Below are positions 16,540 to 20,000 of a DNA stretch of 20,000 nucleotides, piece by piece (the stretch's first letter is position 1; each line of letters starts with the position of its first letter). The notes under the pieces are model-generated. The model had not been told where the DNA came from and ran no database searches. It was given only the letters and a program-made list of their open reading frames with translations. The stretch comes from an uncultured virus (IMG/VR IMGVR_UViG_3300005512_000016) (Duplodnaviria; Heunggongvirae; Uroviricota; Caudoviricetes): IMG/VR virus record IMGVR_UViG_3300005512_000016, positions 52,077 to 72,076 of that record. One strand, given 5' to 3'. Both the position numbers and the translations under genes were made by a program.

Positions 16540-17184
16540 TTATGTCCAACCTAATTTTTTAAAGTTTTCTATAACCTGCCACCTAAGTTTAAAATGGTCA
16601 GATTGCCTATTTAAACCTACTTCATATTCTGGTAAAGCAACATAAGAACCGTCAATGGTCGGTAAATAATCTAATTGAAATCGATGCTTAATTAAGTAAC
16701 TTACTATAATATCGTCTCCTCTTTTAGGTAATCCATATTTTAATAGTTCTTTTTTTATAATATCAAGGGAACTTTGTCTTACACATATAACAGACCCTAC
16801 CAGAAAATCTACTCTCCCTCTTTCATTCCAAAATCTTTCAAGTTCAAAATAATTTCTACTTCTATTCACACTACTATAACCAAAAATACCGACAATGTGA
16901 ACACAATTATTAATTAATTTTTTAACTGTTCTTGGATTTATAAGTATATCGTCATCAAGCACAATTTTAAAGGGTTCTTTGTATTCATAACATCGTAACC
17001 AACGTTCCATACAATATCTATTTGAATCATTATTAATAACTTCAGCATTCTCATTTGAATATGTATGTCCTGCTAGATTATTAATAACAGTAATTGGGTA
17101 ATACTTATGAAGTGCTTTTACAATAAGATTAACGTTACCCCATCGTTTATAGCATAAAATTATTATTCTAACCTGTGAAGACAC
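16540..17184 (-). CDS. GT-A fold glycosyltransferase (GT64/EXTL-like or GT2-like)
   Basis: IIILCYKR N-terminal strand, VINN, DxD motif in IVLDDDILI, IVGIFG, RGDDIIVSYL, and C-terminal H...R....F...G. GTG start overlaps the end of terL. Confidence 0.78.
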   Translation of the reverse strand: MSSQVRIIILCYKRWGNVNLIVKALHKYYPITVINNLAGHTYSNENAEVINNDSNRYCMERWLRCYEYKEPFKIVLDDDILINPRTVKKLINNCVHIVGIFGYSSVNRSRNYFELERFWNERGRVDFLVGSVICVRQSSLDIIKKELLKYGLPKRGDDIIVSYLIKHRFQLDYLPTIDGSYVALPEYEVGLNRQSDHFKLRWQVIENFKKLGWT

Positions 17185-18412
17185 TTATTGCACTCATTTT
17201 TTGATGTGTATATATGGCATATCTAATTGCATCACATGGATGAGAACACCAATCATGAACTGGCTTAGGATTATCGGTATTAGGATTCCATTTATAACTA
17301 CTCATTGCAGAAAATGAGTGAGCTCCTCCTTCAGTATCAAATAGTAACCTATCTTGTTCTATTAAGGCTTGTAAAGAAGATATACCATCATTAACTGACT
17401 TTATAGCATTTTCACAATATATATCGTAGTCATAAGCAAAATCCGCTTTTGTTTGTTGAGCCGCCGAATCAATATAAATAGAATCAATACTCCACTCTTC
17501 TTGTTTTTCTCTTACAATTTCAGCTAACTCTGAAGTAGTAGATTCTCTAGAAACATACTCATCTACCACATAATAGTTTATACCATCAAATCCAACCACA
17601 ACAAAACAATTTTCATCTCTATAACCTACATCTAATCCGCCTATAACTTCTATGAAACGCTCACCAACAAAATCATTTATATGTTTTTCTTCATTCAAAC
17701 CTTGATAAATCTGATCTTCAGTGGTAGTCCATTCACACTCATATTCTTGCAGATACATAGCTTTTGTGATCGTACGTTTAGCCTCTTCAATATCTTTTTC
17801 AGACAATAAGGGGTTTGATCTCCAGGTGTGTAAAGTGCTACCCCAATCAGGATATTCATCATCTACCCCTCTATTATAGTAGGTAAATAGATAATTACCT
17901 TTACCTCTAGGAGTAGATATCCATAAACAACGAGAATCCTTAAAAGTAGAAAGCGCAGGTCGAAGATCTCTAGTAAAATACTCGTCGTTTGAGATAATGG
18001 CTGCTTCGTCTACTATTAGGAGATTTGCAGCACGACCCACTAAAGAGTCTCTGTTGTTTGCCGAAAGTAATCTAAAAGTACTGCCGTTAATTAGTTTAAC
18101 CACTTTATCTTTTTGGTTAAAACGATCGACTTCAAGTTCCATCTGTTTAACTAAGTCAGTAACATAATCCCAGATAATGGACGATAAAGAGAAGTTTGGT
18201 GCAACCACCATTACTTGTTGTTTTGGTTCTAGTAATTTAGCGAAAGCAAGAATCGCAGCAGCATATGATTTGCCAGTTCTTCGAGCGGAGATTGTTACAA
18301 AAAAACGATTATTCTCTAACCCCTCAACCATAGACCTTTGAGCTTCATTAAACTGAACGGGTGTAGGTAATTTAGAACATAATTTATCAATATTTAATTT
18401 AAAAAAACTCAT
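17168..18412 (-). CDS. terL: Terminase large subunit (T5-like)
   Basis: Walker A SARRTGKS, Walker B LLIVDEAA, coupling motif ISTPRG, QEYECEW, nuclease motifs GLDVGYRD and HPCDAIRYA. Confidence 0.97.
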   Translation of the reverse strand: MSFFKLNIDKLCSKLPTPVQFNEAQRSMVEGLENNRFFVTISARRTGKSYAAAILAFAKLLEPKQQVMVVAPNFSLSSIIWDYVTDLVKQMELEVDRFNQKDKVVKLINGSTFRLLSANNRDSLVGRAANLLIVDEAAIISNDEYFTRDLRPALSTFKDSRCLWISTPRGKGNYLFTYYNRGVDDEYPDWGSTLHTWRSNPLLSEKDIEEAKRTITKAMYLQEYECEWTTTEDQIYQGLNEEKHINDFVGERFIEVIGGLDVGYRDENCFVVVGFDGINYYVVDEYVSRESTTSELAEIVREKQEEWSIDSIYIDSAAQQTKADFAYDYDIYCENAIKSVNDGISSLQALIEQDRLLFDTEGGAHSFSAMSSYKWNPNTDNPKPVHDWCSHPCDAIRYAIYTHQKMSAISVFTG

Positions 18413-18693
18413 CTAGGAAAGAAGCTATAAACTGTGTAAGCAAAGGCCATAAAACCTCCCGTTATAGCACCAACATACCAAAGAGTTCTGATAGAACTTT
18501 TGCCACTTGTTGCAAGAGTTTCTAAATTTGAAATCTTCTCGTGCATAGTGTTAAGAGTCTTCATGATATGTTCGTGTCGTTCAAGAGAGAGGGCATCTAG
18601 AGTAGCAATAGAAACTTTATTCTCATTACTACGTTTTTGAATTTCATCTAATTCTTGTTGTATCTGGTCAAGTTCTCTAGTATTATCCGCCAT
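18409..18693 (-). CDS. Small coiled-coil protein with a single C-terminal transmembrane helix (XhlA/holin-like architecture)
   Basis: N-terminal heptad pattern (LDQIQQELDEI...) and hydrophobic C-terminus LWYVGAITGGFMAFAYTVYSFF. ATGA overlap with terL. Confidence 0.6.
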   Translation of the reverse strand: MADNTRELDQIQQELDEIQKRSNENKVSIATLDALSLERHEHIMKTLNTMHEKISNLETLATSGKSSIRTLWYVGAITGGFMAFAYTVYSFFPR

Positions 18694-18700
18694 AACATAC

Positions 18701-20000
18701 CTACGTCTTTATAATGTACTGAACCACTTGGTTAGGAAGAGTAGTGTTTACAGAAAAATTATCGACTGTCAAAGCAGGGATACTTAAAGCTGGTATTGAT
18801 AACGCAGGTATTGACAGTGCAGGTACTGATAGCGCAGGTATAGTATGAGCGTGACTATTTACTGTAAGCGATGGTACGCTATGAGCATGATTGTTTACTG
18901 TAAGCGAGGGCACGCTATGAGAGTGTGCATTGACTGATAGTGATGGAATAGTCAAAGCTGGTACACTTAGTGCAGGAACGCTTAACGCAGGCACTGATAG
19001 TGCTGGAATGCCATGAGAATGGTTTGGTATACTCAGAGCTGGAATACTATGACTGTGGTTTGGTATACTCAGAGCAGGAATTGATAATCCAGGAACTGAT
19101 AATCCAGGAACTGATAGCCCTGGTATATTATGAGTGTGGTCGCCTACAGTATGTGTATGTCCACCAACAGATCCACCAGAGATAACTGCAATGTTACCAG
19201 AAGTATCTTTACCACCTATAGAAGCAGTACCTGCGCCACTTGCTGTAAATGTAGGTACTGTTGAACCTGTGTTAATATTAGCATTTAAATTACCAGTATC
19301 ACTAGCTGCAGTTGTTCCAGTTCCAGTAGTGCCTGTTCCAGTAGTGCCTGTTCCAGTAGTTATTACAGCATTTTGGTTACCAGTATTACCAGTTCCAGTA
19401 GTTATTACAGCATTTTGGTTACCAGTATTACCTGTTCCAGTATTACCTGTTCCAGTATTACCAGTACCTGTGTTGCCAGTTCCAGTTACTACAGCAGCAT
19501 TATTTAAGGCATTATATCCAACAGTGTTTGCGCCTGCGTTACCAGTATTAGCTGCTACAGTGTTTGCGCCTGCATTACCAGTATTAGACGCTACAGTGTT
19601 TGCGCCTGCATTGCCTGTACTACTACCAGTCCCAGTATTACCTGTTCCCGTGTTGCCAGTTCCAGTGTTGCCAGTTCCAGTATTAGAAGCTCCTGTGCCC
19701 ACTCCTGATTTAGTTGCAGAGGCCATAACAGCTGAGGCTGCTGCACCTGTTGTTTCAGCACCTAAACTACTATTATTAGTGCCTACACCTAATGGAACTC
19801 TATCTCTAAAGTCTGGCACATTAAAAGTTGTGCTTCCATTGCCTGCTCCATAAGTAGTTCCTATAACTGCAAACAGCCTAGCATAAGTAGTTCTACTTAC
19901 TGCTGTGTCGTCACATTTTAACCAACCTGCGTTTGATGGGAGTGTAGTAGAGCCATACGCAACAATAGTACCTGCAGGTATAAGCTCAGCACCTCCAGCA
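18701..20000 (-). CDS. Tail fibre / needle-like receptor-binding protein with a phage tail-collar domain (5'-partial; the true start lies beyond the window)
   Basis: The frame is open to the window edge: AGGAELIPAGTIVAYG...GWLKCD..AVSRTTYARLFAVIGTTYGAGNGSTTFNVPDFR is a classic tail-collar motif. C-terminal PNQVVQYIIKT closes the collar. Seven HxH motifs. Confidence 0.9.
   Translation of the reverse strand, partial: AGGAELIPAGTIVAYGSTTLPSNAGWLKCDDTAVSRTTYARLFAVIGTTYGAGNGSTTFNVPDFRDRVPLGVGTNNSSLGAETTGAAASAVMASATKSGVGTGASNTGTGNTGTGNTGTGNTGTGSSTGNAGANTVASNTGNAGANTVAANTGNAGANTVGYNALNNAAVVTGTGNTGTGNTGTGNTGTGNTGNQNAVITTGTGNTGNQNAVITTGTGTTGTGTTGTGTTAASDTGNLNANINTGSTVPTFTASGAGTASIGGKDTSGNIAVISGGSVGGHTHTVGDHTHNIPGLSVPGLSVPGLSIPALSIPNHSHSIPALSIPNHSHGIPALSVPALSVPALSVPALTIPSLSVNAHSHSVPSLTVNNHAHSVPSLTVNSHAHTIPALSVPALSIPALSIPALSIPALTVDNFSVNTTLPNQVVQYIIKT
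18764..19140 (-). repeat. Coding tandem repeats: 15-nt P(A/G/S)L(S/T)(I/V) units with interspersed HxH units
   Basis: Degenerate 15-nt and 36-nt repeats, e.g. two 36-nt units starting at 19002 and 19038 that are 31/36 identical. Confidence 0.9.
19290..19700 (-). repeat. Coding tandem repeats: 15-nt (N/T)TGTG units, 36-nt TGNAGANTVAxN units and 42-nt NTGNQNAVITTGTG units
   Basis: Near-exact 42-nt tandem duplication at 19350-19433 (41/42 identical); three 36-nt units at about 19520-19625. Confidence 0.9.

Noticed and set aside
18745..18772. TTGACA-N16-TAAACA upstream of the 94-aa gene and terL
   Set aside because: The -10 lacks the conserved final T; too weak to call in AT-rich DNA.
17952..18838. 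AGCGCAGG at 17952 and 18831, resembling the T5 nick consensus (R)GCGCRGG as recalled
   Set aside because: Both are explained by Pro-Ala-Leu codons, and such short matches can arise by chance. Nothing shows that this HNH shares T5 specificity.
18764..19700. Repeat arrays as a CRISPR array or a diversity-generating retroelement TR/VR pair
   Set aside because: Unit lengths are multiples of three, vary mainly at synonymous positions and have no unique spacers. There is no adenine-specific mismatch pattern and no cas or reverse transcriptase gene in the window.
19817..19819. GTG start assigned to the fibre ORF in the track
   Set aside because: It falls inside the tail-collar motif (FNVPDFR), and the frame stays open to the window edge, so the real start is upstream.
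204..19853. All plus-strand ORFs in the track (e.g. 204-578, 2488-2889, 2968-3348, 19134-19853)
   Set aside because: They lie antisense to well-supported structural genes and have no recognisable motifs. The PVLPV repeats of 19134-19853 simply mirror the NTGTG codons.

Overview
AT-rich phage DNA carrying one continuous minus-strand virion morphogenesis operon of a T5-like (Demerecviridae-type) siphovirus. In transcription order (high to low coordinates): tail-collar fibre with HxH needle repeats (5'-truncated); small membrane protein; terminase large subunit; glycosyltransferase; HNH endonuclease; portal; prohead protease fused in frame to the major capsid protein; small basic protein; head-completion protein with a LamG insert; tail-completion protein; tail terminator; pb6-like major tail protein; G/T tail chaperones with a -1 frameshift; tape measure protein; gpM-like distal tail protein with a LamG insert; and a gpL-like tail-tip protein (3'-truncated). 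The most unusual elements are (1) a protease-capsid fusion ORF hiding a nested capsid transcription unit with its own promoter, RBS and terminator, (2) a structured intergenic RNA after the major tail gene whose loop can pair with either an upstream hairpin or the next RBS, (3) a fibre whose repeat blocks are copy-number mirror images of each other, and (4) a GT64-like glycosyltransferase inside the packaging module. All family assignments come from motifs recognised by eye, not from database searches.
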